The notes: generated by a model from the letters alone, not told the origin. A stretch of DNA of 64,000 nt from Candidatus Niyogibacteria bacterium (GCA_016186495.1 JACPLO010000010.1:26905-90904), one strand, 5' to 3'. Counted from the stretch's first letter, positions 47,927 through 57,075 are shown. Translations and numbers: made by a program.

Positions 47927-48654
47927 TGGTTTCAAAGTGGCTTCAACAAAGTAATTCCTGGCATGAAAACAAGCATATCAAAGGAGGGCAATATTTAAAG
48001 AATATTGTTTATGGCGCCAATGACGGGATTATCACTACTTTTGCGGTGGTGGCCGGCGTAGCCGGAGCTTCTCTTTCTTCCGTTGTTATTGTGATTATGG
48101 GTTTGGTTAATCTTTTAGCGGACGGATTTTCAATGGCTGTTTCTAATTATCTTAGCATTAAATCAGAAATAGATATTTATCAGCGCGAAAAAGAAGTGGA
48201 AAAGAAAGAGATTCAAATTAATCCCGAACAGGAGAAAAAAGAAATCCGCAATATTTTAGCCAGCAAGGGTTATCAGGGAGAAGATTTGGAAAAAATAACG
48301 GCGCTGATTTCCAAAAATAAAACTTTTTGGCTTGATTTTATGATGCATGAAGAATTGAATTTTGCGCCCGCCGCCAGTTATCGGCCTAAAAGAGCGGCTC
48401 TCGCCACTTTTTTATCTTTTATCGCCGCCGGTTTTGTGCCGATTTTGCCTTATTTGATTTTTAAGGGAAGCGGAGACGAAGTATTTAAATACGCGGTGGC
48501 GATGACCGGCGTTGCTCTTTTTACGGTTGGTTCTTTACGCTCATTTTTTACTAATAAAAAATGGCATTTAGCCGGTTTAGAAATGCTTTTTGTCGGCAGT
48601 ATTGCCGCGGCGATCGCTTACGGCGCGGGATTTTTATTGAAAGGAATTACTTAA
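47926..48654 (+). CDS. VIT1/CCC1-family membrane protein (iron/manganese transporter-like)
   Basis: GANDGIITTFAVVAGVAGA signature; 242 aa. Confidence 0.7.
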   Translation: MVSKWLQQSNSWHENKHIKGGQYLKNIVYGANDGIITTFAVVAGVAGASLSSVVIVIMGLVNLLADGFSMAVSNYLSIKSEIDIYQREKEVEKKEIQINPEQEKKEIRNILASKGYQGEDLEKITALISKNKTFWLDFMMHEELNFAPAASYRPKRAALATFLSFIAAGFVPILPYLIFKGSGDEVFKYAVAMTGVALFTVGSLRSFFTNKKWHLAGLEMLFVGSIAAAIAYGAGFLLKGIT

Positions 48655-48692
48655 CTTTCTTTTGTTCTTCAAGCTGCAAAAGCACAGCGCTT

Positions 48693-49748
48693 TTAAATTT
48701 CTTCCAATTCAACTTGGGTTTGCGTTTTCTTCCCATTGCGAAGAATGGTCAGATTTATTTTTTCGCCGATTTTGAAGTTGGAGAGAATGTCCTCCAAAGT
48801 ATTTTCTTCGTTGATTTCTTTTTCATTGCATTTCAGCACAATGTCAAATTCTTGAAGGCCGGCTTTATCCGCGGGACTGTTTGAAATAATCGCGGTTTCT
48901 CCTTGAGGCAGGCCTTCGCTGACAATCAGCGCGCCGGTTGAGACCGGCAGATGAAATCTTTCTTGGATTTGATCGTTCAAAATAATATGGCGGAGTCCGA
49001 TAAAAGGGCGCCGGATGCGGCCGTATTTTTTAATTTCTTCCAAATCGCGTTTGGCTCTTTCAATGGGAATGGCAAAGCCGATATTTTGGGCGCCGAAAAC
49101 AACGGCGGAATTTATGCCGATAGCCCGGCCCTCAAGATCAATCATCGGTCCGCCGGAATTGCCGGGATTAATTGCCGCGTCGGTTTGAATAAGCCCTTTC
49201 AGCCGTTCTTGATGGCCGGCCATATCCGTTACCGCGGTGATTAAACGCGAGAGGCCGGAAACTACGCCGGTGGAAACCGTATTTTGAAATTCGTTTAAAG
49301 CATTGCCAATGGCGATGACGGTTTGCCCCAATTCCAAATCAAACGAAGAGCCTAATTCCAAGTGAGGAAGATTTTTACTTTTTATTTTTAAAATCGCTAC
49401 GTCATTTAAAGGATCTCTGGCCAGCACTTCGGCTTCATGTTTTTTCCCGCCGCCCATGATTATGCTGTATTCGGCGTCAGGATCAACCACCACGTGTTTA
49501 TTGGTTAAAATAATTCCCTCGGGGGAGATGACAAAACCGGATCCGCCTCCGACTTTAATATGCCCATGTTCGTCTTTGGGCGCTTGTTTTAATTTAGTTT
49601 CAATAAAAGCGCGGTCATAAGGATTGTTAAATAAAGGATTAAAAGAAAGTTCTTTGGCAATTTGTTCCAGGTCTTTGGAAATTGCCACGCTGACGACGGC
49701 CGGTAAAGTTTTTTTAACCGCATTTTTAATTTTTTGTTCGTAATCCAT
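48693..49748 (-). CDS. htrA: HtrA/DegP-family serine protease with PDZ domain
   Basis: GNSGGPMIDLEGRAIGINSA; TNKHVV (His), D...; C-terminal PDZ. Confidence 0.8.
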   Translation of the reverse strand: MDYEQKIKNAVKKTLPAVVSVAISKDLEQIAKELSFNPLFNNPYDRAFIETKLKQAPKDEHGHIKVGGGSGFVISPEGIILTNKHVVVDPDAEYSIIMGGGKKHEAEVLARDPLNDVAILKIKSKNLPHLELGSSFDLELGQTVIAIGNALNEFQNTVSTGVVSGLSRLITAVTDMAGHQERLKGLIQTDAAINPGNSGGPMIDLEGRAIGINSAVVFGAQNIGFAIPIERAKRDLEEIKKYGRIRRPFIGLRHIILNDQIQERFHLPVSTGALIVSEGLPQGETAIISNSPADKAGLQEFDIVLKCNEKEINEENTLEDILSNFKIGEKINLTILRNGKKTQTQVELEEI

Positions 49749-49888
49749 AATATAAGTTTGATTTTAACGCTGATAATGTATTATACTACGTATAATTTAC
49801 ATTCGCTCGGCAATGAACGGCAATGAAAAATTAATTTTTCTTTCATTGTTCTCGCTCATTTAATTATAAAGTATAGCATATTATTTTT

Positions 49889-49961
49889 CTCCTCGTAGTT
49901 CAACGGACCAGAACAACCCCGTCCTAAGGGGTAAATAGAGGTTCGATTCCTCTCGAGGAGA
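49889..49961 (+). tRNA. tRNA-Arg (anticodon CCT)
   Basis: CTCCTCG acceptor / CGAGGAG-A; anticodon stem ACCCC/GGGGT loop GTCCTAA; T-arm AGAGG-TTCGATT-CCTCT. Confidence 0.7.
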
Positions 49962-49984
49962 TTAAGTTTTGTTTTTTAAAACAG

Positions 49985-50056
49985 GCGCGCTTAGCTCAGT
50001 GGTAGAGCATCGCTTTTACACAGCGAGGGCCGGGGGTTCAATCCCCTCAGCGCGCA
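49985..50056 (+). tRNA. tRNA-Val (anticodon TAC)
   Basis: GCGCGCT acceptor, TAGCTCAGTGGTAGAGC, loop TTTACAC, GGTTCAATCC, AGCGCGC-A. Confidence 0.75.
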
Positions 50057-50328
50057 AAAAAATGAATGAAGTGAATTTTTGAGTGCGTTGAGCAAGCCAA
50101 CTGCTTGGCTTGCGCAGGGGATTGAAAAAATTTTCTATATCGCGAAGCGATAGAAAATTAGCGCCCTGCAAGGGCAATCCCCTCAGCGCGCAAAAAAATG
50201 AATGAAGTGAATTTTTGAGTGCGTTGAGCAAGCCAACTGCTTGGCTTGCGCAGGGGATTGAAAAAATTTTCTATATCGCAAAGCGATAGAAAATTAGCGC
50301 CCTGCAAGGGCAATCCCCTCAGCGCGCA
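50057..50328. repeat. 2 x 136-bp tandem repeat downstream of tRNA-Val(TAC), each unit ending with a copy of the tRNA 3' end (CAATCCCCTCAGCGCGCA)
   Basis: units 50057-50192 and 50193-50328 nearly identical; internal hairpins TTTCTATATCGC-GAA-GCGATAGAAA and GCAAGCCAA-CTG-CTTGGCTTGC; also an inverted partial copy GCGCAGGGGATTG. Confidence 0.8.
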
Positions 50329-50352
50329 CAAAAAATTATTATAATTATTAAA

Positions 50353-50435
50353 GGAAGGGTGCGCCGAATGGCAAGGCACCGCTCTCGAAAAGCGGAGCCC
50401 GCAAGGGCTTGTGGGTTCAAGTCCCACCCCTTCCG
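50353..50435 (+). tRNA. tRNA-Ser (anticodon CGA), long variable arm
   Basis: GGAAGGG acceptor; anticodon stem CCGCT/AGCGG loop CTCGAAA; variable arm GCCCGCAAGGGC; GGGTTCAAGTCCC; CCCTTCC-G. Confidence 0.75.
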
Positions 50436-50660
50436 TAAAAGTTAAATGGGTGGGACTTGAACGGAGCGATATTATCGCTCCGAGGAATTTCCTTAAGAGG
50501 AAATTAAGTCCCACCCCTTCCGTAAAAGTTAAATGGGTGGGACTTGGTCACAAATAATTTTCCTGACGGAAAATTATCGCGACCCCGCCTCGCGGCGCTC
50601 GCCTTTGCTTCGCAAAACTCGCGCATCGCTGCGGTTTTCAAATTCCAACGGAATTTGAAC
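50436..50660. repeat. structured repeat downstream of tRNA-Ser(CGA): TAAAAGTTAAATGGGTGGGACTTG twice, a copy of the tRNA 3' end (AAGTCCCACCCCTTCCG at ~50505-50522), palindromes GGAGCGATATTATCGCTCC and AATTTCCTTAAGAGGAAATT, then a GTCACAAATAATTTTCCTGACGGAAA family element
   Basis: read directly; the GTCACAAATAA...CGCGACCCCGCCTCGC segment matches the 45987-46302 repeat units. Confidence 0.75.
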
Positions 50661-50750
50661 GGAGCGATATTATCATCCGCGAGATTTTTTTATACGCGCG
50701 CATTACTCAATAAAATTGAAAAAATTTTTAAAAAAGGTATAATAAAATTC

Positions 50751-51215
50751 ATGAAATTCTTTAATGAAGATATTGTTTATTTCGCGGCCGGAACAGCGAT
50801 CGCGGCGATTTTAATTTTTATTTGGCTTATTATTTTGGAATGGCGGCTGAAAAAACTTTTTAAAGGAAGCGACGGCCGCGATCTGATGGGGATTTTAACC
50901 GGCCGCGGAAAAGAATTGAACGGCCTAAAAAAAAGAATGCTGGAAATAGAAAAATATCTTCAAGAATCCGAACTGCGCCTTCAAAAAAGCCTTAAAAATG
51001 TAGGATTGGTGAGATTTGATTCTTTTGAAGGAGTGGGCGGAAAGCAAAGTTTTTCAGCCGCGTTTTTAGATGAAAATAAAAACGGAACGGTTATTTCCAG
51101 CCTTTACGGCCGTGATTTTAACAGGATTTACGCCAAACCTGTGGAAAGCGGCATTTCGTCCCATTCGCTTTCGGAAGAAGAAAAAGAAGCGATCAAGAAA
51201 GCAATCAGCGAATAG
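50751..51215 (+). CDS. DUF4446-like small membrane-anchored protein
   Basis: start moved to ATG 50751 (MKFFNEDIVYFAAG...); the track ORF's first 69 codons are translation of the repeat element. Confidence 0.5.
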   Translation: MKFFNEDIVYFAAGTAIAAILIFIWLIILEWRLKKLFKGSDGRDLMGILTGRGKELNGLKKRMLEIEKYLQESELRLQKSLKNVGLVRFDSFEGVGGKQSFSAAFLDENKNGTVISSLYGRDFNRIYAKPVESGISSHSLSEEEKEAIKKAISE

Positions 51216-51266
51216 CTATAAGTGTTTTTATTTTTCTCATCGTAAATAATTCAATGTTTAATTTTT

Positions 51267-52841
51267 ATGTCTACCGAGCAGAAAAAAAATTTAATCCGCC
51301 AAAATTTACCTTCGGTAAACTTAAGTGGGAAAATCTCTCGTCCGCCGGTTGTCGTGGTTGTCGGCCATATTGATCATGGAAAAACCAAACTTTTGGATTA
51401 TATCCGAAAAAGCAATATCGCGGAAAAAGAATCAGGCGGCATTACCCAGCATATCGGCGCTTATGAAGCGGTAATCAATACCAAAGACGGCCGAACGGAA
51501 AAAATAACTTTTTTGGATACGCCGGGGCATGAGGCGTTTTCTCAAATTCGCTCACGTGGCGCCAAAGCGGCGGACGTGGCGATTTTAGTGGTGGCGGCGG
51601 ATGAAGGTGTTAAACCGCAAACTGAAGAATCAATCAAAGTTTTGAAAGACGCGAATTTGCCTTTTGTGGTGGCGATTAATAAAATTGACAAAGAAGGAGC
51701 GGATTCGGAAAAAGTTAAAAAAGAATTGGCGGAACGGGAAATTTTGGTGGAAAGCTGGGGCGGCAAGGTGCCGGCCGTGGAAATTTCCGCAAAACAAGGA
51801 ACCGGCGTGAAAGAACTTTTAGAAACTATTATTTTATTAGCTCAACTTGAGGAATTAAAAGCGGATCCAAGAATACCCGCCAAAGGCGTGGTTATTGAAT
51901 CCAGTTTAGAGCCGAAAAGGGGAAATGCGGCCACGCTTTTAATTCAGGACGGAACATTAAAAATCGGAAATTTCGTAGCGGCCGGAAACGCGATTTCTTC
52001 GGTTCGCGTTTTTGAGGATTTTTTAGGCCATTCTTTAAAAGAAGCTAGTTTTTCTTCGCCGGTCAGGGTGGTGGGATTTGATTATTTGCCGCCGGCAGGG
52101 ACGGTTTTTTCGGCTTTTCTTTCTAAAAAAGAGGCGGAAAAATTCTCAGCTAAAGAGAAAATAAGCAAAGATTTTTTGAAGGAAAAGGAAAAAAAAATAA
52201 TCAAAGAAGCGCCGGCCGCTTCCTTAATAATCGTGCCGGTGATTTTGAAAGCCGACACCTCCGGTTCTTTGGAAGCGCTTGAAAAAGAAGCGAAAAAATT
52301 TGATTCGGAAAAATTGAAAATAAAAATTTTGAAATCAGGCACCGGGCCAATTTCGGAAGATGATTTTAAAGTCGCTCTCAGCGCTCCTGAAACGATTATT
52401 TTATCTTTTCGGGCCGGCCTTGACGAAAAAATCATCGAGCTGCTTAGCCGCCGCGGCGTGATTTTCAAGAATTTTGAGATTATTTATGAAGCCAGTGATT
52501 GGCTTAAAGAGCAATTGGAAAAAAAATTGCCGCTTGAAATAGAAAGAACGGAAATCGGCCAAGCCAAGATTTTAAAATTATTTAAAAAATCCGGCCAAAA
52601 ACAAGTTATCGGCGGCAAAATAATTGACGGCTTGGTTAAAAACGAAGCGAGGTTTGAAATTATCAGAAATGAGCATAAAATCGGCGAAGGCAGAATAATA
52701 GAGCTCCAGCAAGCCAAAATTAAAACAAAAGAAGCGGCCAAAGGCAGTGAATTCGGAATTTTAGCCGATGCGGAAATAAGCATTGAGCCGGGAGATATTC
52801 TGCGTTTTTTTGAAGAAAAAACAATTAAACAAACATTATAA
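51267..52841 (+). CDS. infB: translation initiation factor IF-2 (short form, G domain to C-terminus)
   Basis: GHIDHGKT, DTPGH, NKID G-motifs; 524 aa; followed by rbfA as in the canonical operon. Confidence 0.85.
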   Translation: MSTEQKKNLIRQNLPSVNLSGKISRPPVVVVVGHIDHGKTKLLDYIRKSNIAEKESGGITQHIGAYEAVINTKDGRTEKITFLDTPGHEAFSQIRSRGAKAADVAILVVAADEGVKPQTEESIKVLKDANLPFVVAINKIDKEGADSEKVKKELAEREILVESWGGKVPAVEISAKQGTGVKELLETIILLAQLEELKADPRIPAKGVVIESSLEPKRGNAATLLIQDGTLKIGNFVAAGNAISSVRVFEDFLGHSLKEASFSSPVRVVGFDYLPPAGTVFSAFLSKKEAEKFSAKEKISKDFLKEKEKKIIKEAPAASLIIVPVILKADTSGSLEALEKEAKKFDSEKLKIKILKSGTGPISEDDFKVALSAPETIILSFRAGLDEKIIELLSRRGVIFKNFEIIYEASDWLKEQLEKKLPLEIERTEIGQAKILKLFKKSGQKQVIGGKIIDGLVKNEARFEIIRNEHKIGEGRIIELQQAKIKTKEAAKGSEFGILADAEISIEPGDILRFFEEKTIKQTL

Positions 52842-53174
52842 ATGTCCAATTTAAGGCAGGAAAAAATTTCTTCTCTTTTGAAGCGGTTGGCCGCCGAGTT
52901 TTTTTTGAAGAACGTGGGAGAGATCGGCGTTTTAGCGAGCGTGACTAAAGTGGAGATTTCCGCTGATTTGTTTAACGCTAAGATATTTTTTTCCGTTTTG
53001 CCTGAAAGTGAGGAAAGAAAAATTTTAAAACAGCTGTTCGCGCTTAAAAAAGATTTCCGGCGGCATATCGCGCACAATTTAAAAATAAAATTTATTCCTC
53101 GTGTTATTTTCCTGATAGATGATTCAATTAAAAAACAGCGAAAAATAGACGAGGCTTTGGCTGCTTTAAAGTAA
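52842..53174 (+). CDS. rbfA: ribosome-binding factor A
   Basis: 110 aa; start overlaps infB stop (TAAATG); RbfA-like KH fold sequence pattern. Confidence 0.75.
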   Translation: MSNLRQEKISSLLKRLAAEFFLKNVGEIGVLASVTKVEISADLFNAKIFFSVLPESEERKILKQLFALKKDFRRHIAHNLKIKFIPRVIFLIDDSIKKQRKIDEALAALK

Positions 53175-53214
53175 TCTAAGGTATAATATTTATGGCCTCC
53201 TGCAACACGCATTT

Positions 53215-53286
53215 GGCACGGTGGCGAAGAGGTAACGCGGTCGTCTGCAAAACGACTATGCGAGGGTTCGAATCCCTCCCGTGCCT
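53215..53286 (+). tRNA. tRNA-Cys (anticodon GCA)
   Basis: GGCACGG acceptor / CCGTGCC-T; anticodon stem GTCGT/ACGAC loop CTGCAAA; GGGTTCGAATCCC; TATAAT -10-like hexamer at 53181-53186. Confidence 0.75.
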
Positions 53287-53363
53287 ATTATAATTGTTAG
53301 TTATAAATTTTTGTTGTAGGTTATAAAAAACGCCCGGGTGGCAAAATTTGCCCCCACGTTAAT

Positions 53364-53456
53364 GCCGCGGTGGCGGAATTGGTATACGCGCACGACTTAA
53401 AATCGTGTCACTTTTTGTGATGAGGGTTCGACCCCCTCCCGCGGCATTAATGTAGG
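53364..53456 (+). tRNA. tRNA-Leu (anticodon TAA), long variable arm
   Basis: GCCGCGG acceptor; loop CTTAAAA; variable arm TCACTTTTTGTGATG; GGGTTCGACCCCC; CCGCGGC-A. Confidence 0.8.
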
Positions 53457-53495
53457 GGTGAATATCCGCACAACATTTATAATTCAAAACAATTT

Positions 53496-54431
53496 ATGCC
53501 GTTAACGATAAAAGAAAATGAAATTTTAGCTAATCATTCAACTTTCAGAATTGGCGGACCGGCCAAGTATTTTACTGCTGTTAAATCAAAAGAAGAATTG
53601 ATTGAGGCGTTTGATTTCGCGGGAAAAAAAAATCTGCCTTTTTTTGTTTTTGGCGGCGGAAGCAATATCCTATATCGCGATAAAGGATACGGCGGTTTGG
53701 CTATAAAAATCCAAAATTCAAAAATTTCACTTGCCAAAATTATCAAGGCTGGAGCCGGAACTTTATTTAGCCAGTTGATTAGAGAGTCAATTAACGCTAA
53801 TTTAACTGGCTTGGAATGGGCAACGGGAATTCCCGGGACTGTTGGCGGCGCGGTGGCCGGCAATGCCGGCGCTTACGGCCATTCCATATCCGAATTTGTG
53901 AAGAATGTCGCGATTTTAAGCAATAACGGAGCCGCGGGTTGGCGGATAAAAAATTATCCGGCCCAAAAATGCGATTTTATTTATCGCGGAAGCAGATTCA
54001 AAAAACCGGATAATCGTGAAATTATTTTAGAGGTTGAATTTAATTTGGAAAAAGGCGATTTAGAAAAAAGCAAAAAAATAATCCAAGGAATTTTGGAGGA
54101 AAGAAGAAACAAACTCGTTTCTTATCCTTCGGCCGGCTGCGTGTTTAAAAATATCATTATTGATGAATTAAAAAACAAAGAGGAATTTTTAAAATTAATT
54201 CCGCGGAATAAAATCAAAGGAGGAAAATTTCCGGCGGGCTGGCTGATTGAGAATTGCGGATTAAAGGGCAAGCAAATCGGCGGCGCTAAGATCGCGGAAG
54301 AACATGCTAATTATATTGTTAACGCCGGAGGAGCGACCGCCGATGATGTAATTCAACTGATTGATTTTTGCAGACAAAAAACGCAGGAAAAATTTAATCT
54401 GGATTTAGAAAAAGAAATCGTTGTAATATAA
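53496..54431 (+). CDS. murB: UDP-N-acetylenolpyruvoylglucosamine reductase
   Basis: 311 aa; FAD-binding N-terminal (FRIGGPAKYF...FVFGGGSNIL), C-terminal MurB domain (GCVFKN, GGAKI). Confidence 0.85.
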   Translation: MPLTIKENEILANHSTFRIGGPAKYFTAVKSKEELIEAFDFAGKKNLPFFVFGGGSNILYRDKGYGGLAIKIQNSKISLAKIIKAGAGTLFSQLIRESINANLTGLEWATGIPGTVGGAVAGNAGAYGHSISEFVKNVAILSNNGAAGWRIKNYPAQKCDFIYRGSRFKKPDNREIILEVEFNLEKGDLEKSKKIIQGILEERRNKLVSYPSAGCVFKNIIIDELKNKEEFLKLIPRNKIKGGKFPAGWLIENCGLKGKQIGGAKIAEEHANYIVNAGGATADDVIQLIDFCRQKTQEKFNLDLEKEIVVI

Positions 54432-54457
54432 TTTAATAAAATTATCCTCTTTAAAAT

Positions 54458-54541
54458 GCTGGGGTGGCGGAATTGGCAGACGCTCTAGCTTTAGAAGCTA
54501 GCGGGAGAAATCCCATAAGAGTTCAAATCTCTTCCCCAGCA
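54458..54541 (+). tRNA. tRNA-Leu (anticodon TAG), long variable arm
   Basis: GCTGGGG acceptor; anticodon stem CTAGC/GCTAG loop TTTAGAA; variable arm CGGGAGAAATCCCATA; GAGTTCAAATCTC; CCCCAGC-A. Confidence 0.8.
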
Positions 54542-54618
54542 TATCACATATCAGTAGAGAAAATCGCTAAAATTTTATCCACTTTTCTTTTGTTAAACTA
54601 ATGTTATAATAAAAGTAT

Positions 54619-55170
54619 ATGGTAAAAATTTTTTTTAAAGCTCTTATTTGGGGTATTGCGGTCTTGATTATATTGAATGTTTTAATTTTCTTTGGCGCGG
54701 GATTTTATGGCGGTTTTACCGTTAGTAATCTCGGCGTTTATGTTCCGCCAACTTTTATTATTATTTTTCGTTATGCTTCTTTGTTTTTGGCTTTCGGCGT
54801 TGCCGTCTTTGTTTTTTTAACAAGAAAAAAACAAATGCCGCCTTTATTTTCTCAATCTTCTCAACCGCCTCCTTTGCAAACATTTCCGCCTTTTATGCCG
54901 CCTGAATCAAAGCCGCCTGTTTCTCCGTTGGAAAAACCTTTCAAACAATTTGAATTTCCAAAAGAATTTCCGCCTGTCCAGCCGTCAGAGCCGACTCCGA
55001 TATTTCCGAAAAACCAAAATCAATCGCCTGTTTCTTTCGGTTCCGACAGTTTAGATTCTATGCCTATGCCTTCAAAAAATCAGCCGTCCGCGCCTTTTGA
55101 TTCCAAAGAGCTAAAATCTCCTTTTGAAGAAAAAAAGGAAGAAGAAAAAGGCGATATTCACTCGTTTTAG
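54619..55170 (+). CDS. membrane protein with Pro-rich extracellular tail
   Basis: 183 aa; two N-terminal TM helices then PPxxPP-rich low-complexity region. Confidence 0.35.
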   Translation: MVKIFFKALIWGIAVLIILNVLIFFGAGFYGGFTVSNLGVYVPPTFIIIFRYASLFLAFGVAVFVFLTRKKQMPPLFSQSSQPPPLQTFPPFMPPESKPPVSPLEKPFKQFEFPKEFPPVQPSEPTPIFPKNQNQSPVSFGSDSLDSMPMPSKNQPSAPFDSKELKSPFEEKKEEEKGDIHSF

Positions 55171-55192
55171 CCGCAGCGTAATTTATCTTAAA

Positions 55193-55267
55193 GCGGTCAT
55201 CGTATAATGGCTATTATGCGTCCTTGCCAAGGACGAAACGGGGGTTCGATTCCCCCTGACCGCACCA
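55193..55267 (+). tRNA. tRNA-Gly (anticodon GCC), encoded CCA
   Basis: GCGGTCA acceptor; anticodon stem CGTCC/GGACG loop TTGCCAA; GGGGGTTCGATTCCCCC; TGACCGC-A-CCA. Confidence 0.8.
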
Positions 55268-55301
55268 ATCCACAATAAACTACGTGTATCAACTGTAATC
55301 T

Positions 55302-55883
55302 ATGAGCAAGAACACATATATTTCTGCCACATTCGCCACTCTTATAATTTTGGGGATGATTTATATTGCAGGATTAAAACCCAAAAGTCCCAAACCAGAG
55401 TTTGCACAACAAGCACTTGCGGCAAAGTTTGAAGCATTGTCCCAAAGCGGAAATTCCTCTTGTTCTATGTCTTTTGCCAATTCCATTGAATCAATGCCTG
55501 ATTCAGAACGCCTTCAAGGCTCGTGCTGTTCAGCAATGAGTATGCACCGCTATAGCGAACAGGTTGAAGGGTTGAAGAAGTATGCGGAAATTAAAGAAAT
55601 TCCTCCTGACCCTTATGACATTGAAGCTAGCCTTGCCAAGAAATTAAAAAGATACTATAACATTGAGCTCACGCCAGAAGAACAACAAGCATACGATTAT
55701 GCGATGCAAAATTCGCACGAGAAGGGGCCGTGCTGTTGTAAGTGCTGGCGGTGGTATGTCTATGGTGGATTGGCAAAATTGCTGATTCAAAAGTATGACT
55801 TTACTGGAGAGCAAATTGCTGACGTATGGAATCTCTCGGATGGATGCGGTGGTGATAGCGAACATAATCACATAACCAGTTAA
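55302..55883 (+). CDS. membrane-anchored Cys-rich protein of atypical composition (possible horizontally acquired gene)
   Basis: 193 aa; N-terminal TM; Cys clusters SCSMS, GSCCSAMSMH, GPCCCKCWRW, DGCGGD; codon usage enriched in GCA/CCA/CAA relative to neighbours. Confidence 0.45.
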   Translation: MSKNTYISATFATLIILGMIYIAGLKPKSPKPEFAQQALAAKFEALSQSGNSSCSMSFANSIESMPDSERLQGSCCSAMSMHRYSEQVEGLKKYAEIKEIPPDPYDIEASLAKKLKRYYNIELTPEEQQAYDYAMQNSHEKGPCCCKCWRWYVYGGLAKLLIQKYDFTGEQIADVWNLSDGCGGDSEHNHITS

Positions 55884-55933
55884 ATCAATTTTGGAAATTA
55901 CTGGAAAACTCAACGGCTTTTTGAGAGCCATTT

Positions 55934-56017
55934 GGTGGGCGGCCGCAACGGTCGCCCACCAATAGAGATTCTAATAAAAACCGCCATAAACATTTAATAA
56001 ATGTTTATGGCGGTTTT
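55934..56017. terminator. pair of strong hairpins between convergent genes (GGTGGGCGGCCGCAACGGTCGCCCACC; AAAACCGCCATAAACATTT-AATAA-ATGTTTATGGCGGTTTT)
   Basis: perfect inverted repeats read directly; the second is flanked by A/T runs on both sides (bidirectional). Confidence 0.7.
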
Positions 56018-56022
56018 AAAAT

Positions 56023-57075
56023 TCAATAAAAATCTTTTATTTTTAACGCTAATTTTATTTTCAGCGTTAATTCTTCTTTTTGCCGGAGTATTTTTATTTC
56101 TACAATTGTGCCCGGCTTCTGAAAGGTTATTGCTCTTTCTATGTCTATGAAATTTCTTTGAGGTTTACCGTCTATTTCTAATATGACATCGCCTGGCCAC
56201 AAATTAGCATCTTGAGCCGGACTATCGGGGCAGACCTTAGTAATTAACAAACCCAAAATTTTTTTATTGGAATAGATATCTATTCCAATAAAACTTTTGC
56301 TTATTGGCCCTTTTTCCAGAAGTTGAGGGATGATAATGGCAATATCTTCACTTGAGATAGCCAGACTCATTCCTGAAGGTGAAAATCTGACATTTAAGCC
56401 GAGTAATTCGCCTTTGGCATTGATTAACGGCCCGCCGGAATTTCCCGGAACCATCAGTGCGTCAGAAATGATAAAGTGTTGCGGTATCTTTTTTGTTGTT
56501 GTTTTTATCACCGCCAATGCTTTGGAAATAACGCCTTTATCGAGAGACCAGGAAATCCCAAATGGGTGCCCAATCGTAAATATGGCTTGGCCGATTGCCG
56601 CGTTTCTTCCGAATTTAAAATAATCGGAATTATTAAAATCTATCTTTAATAAAGCCAAATCATTCTCCGAGTCATATCCGATTAATTGGGCAATCGCGCA
56701 TTCCACTTTTCCATAATTTTCATTAAAATCAAGATTTTCTATCTCGCCATTCGGCGGAAAATAACAAACCTCAATCTCTCCTTCGTCTTCCCTGATCATT
56801 TCAATAATATGGTAAGCGGTTAAAATATACCCGTTTTCTTTTATAAAAGCGCCGGCTCCGGTAATATTATGTTCGCGTCCATCCGTTTTTCTCGGCAGTT
56901 TAATCCTGACAATCACCACTTTTTTCATCGCTTCAATAAGTATTTTTTGTTCAGCAAGTATTTCTTGTTCAGCCATATTCGCCGGATCAAGTGTTTCAGA
57001 AAATGCGGGAGAAAGAAAAATAAAAAATAATGCCGCCAAAAACGTTAAAATCCGCTTCATTCTTATTTTTTTCAA
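56023..57075 (-). CDS. secreted trypsin-like (S1C/HtrA-type) serine protease with C-terminal PDZ
   Basis: signal peptide; TAYHII (His), GNSGGPLINAKGELLGLN (Ser); PDZ-like C-terminus. Confidence 0.75.
   Translation of the reverse strand: MKKIRMKRILTFLAALFFIFLSPAFSETLDPANMAEQEILAEQKILIEAMKKVVIVRIKLPRKTDGREHNITGAGAFIKENGYILTAYHIIEMIREDEGEIEVCYFPPNGEIENLDFNENYGKVECAIAQLIGYDSENDLALLKIDFNNSDYFKFGRNAAIGQAIFTIGHPFGISWSLDKGVISKALAVIKTTTKKIPQHFIISDALMVPGNSGGPLINAKGELLGLNVRFSPSGMSLAISSEDIAIIIPQLLEKGPISKSFIGIDIYSNKKILGLLITKVCPDSPAQDANLWPGDVILEIDGKPQRNFIDIERAITFQKPGTIVEIKILRQKEELTLKIKLALKIKDFY

Noticed and set aside
50016-50514. Minus-strand ORFs 50016..50231 and 50158..50514
   Set aside because: They lie antisense across tRNA-Val(TAC), its 136-bp echo repeats and tRNA-Ser(CGA). 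The repeated peptide segments reflect the DNA repeats.
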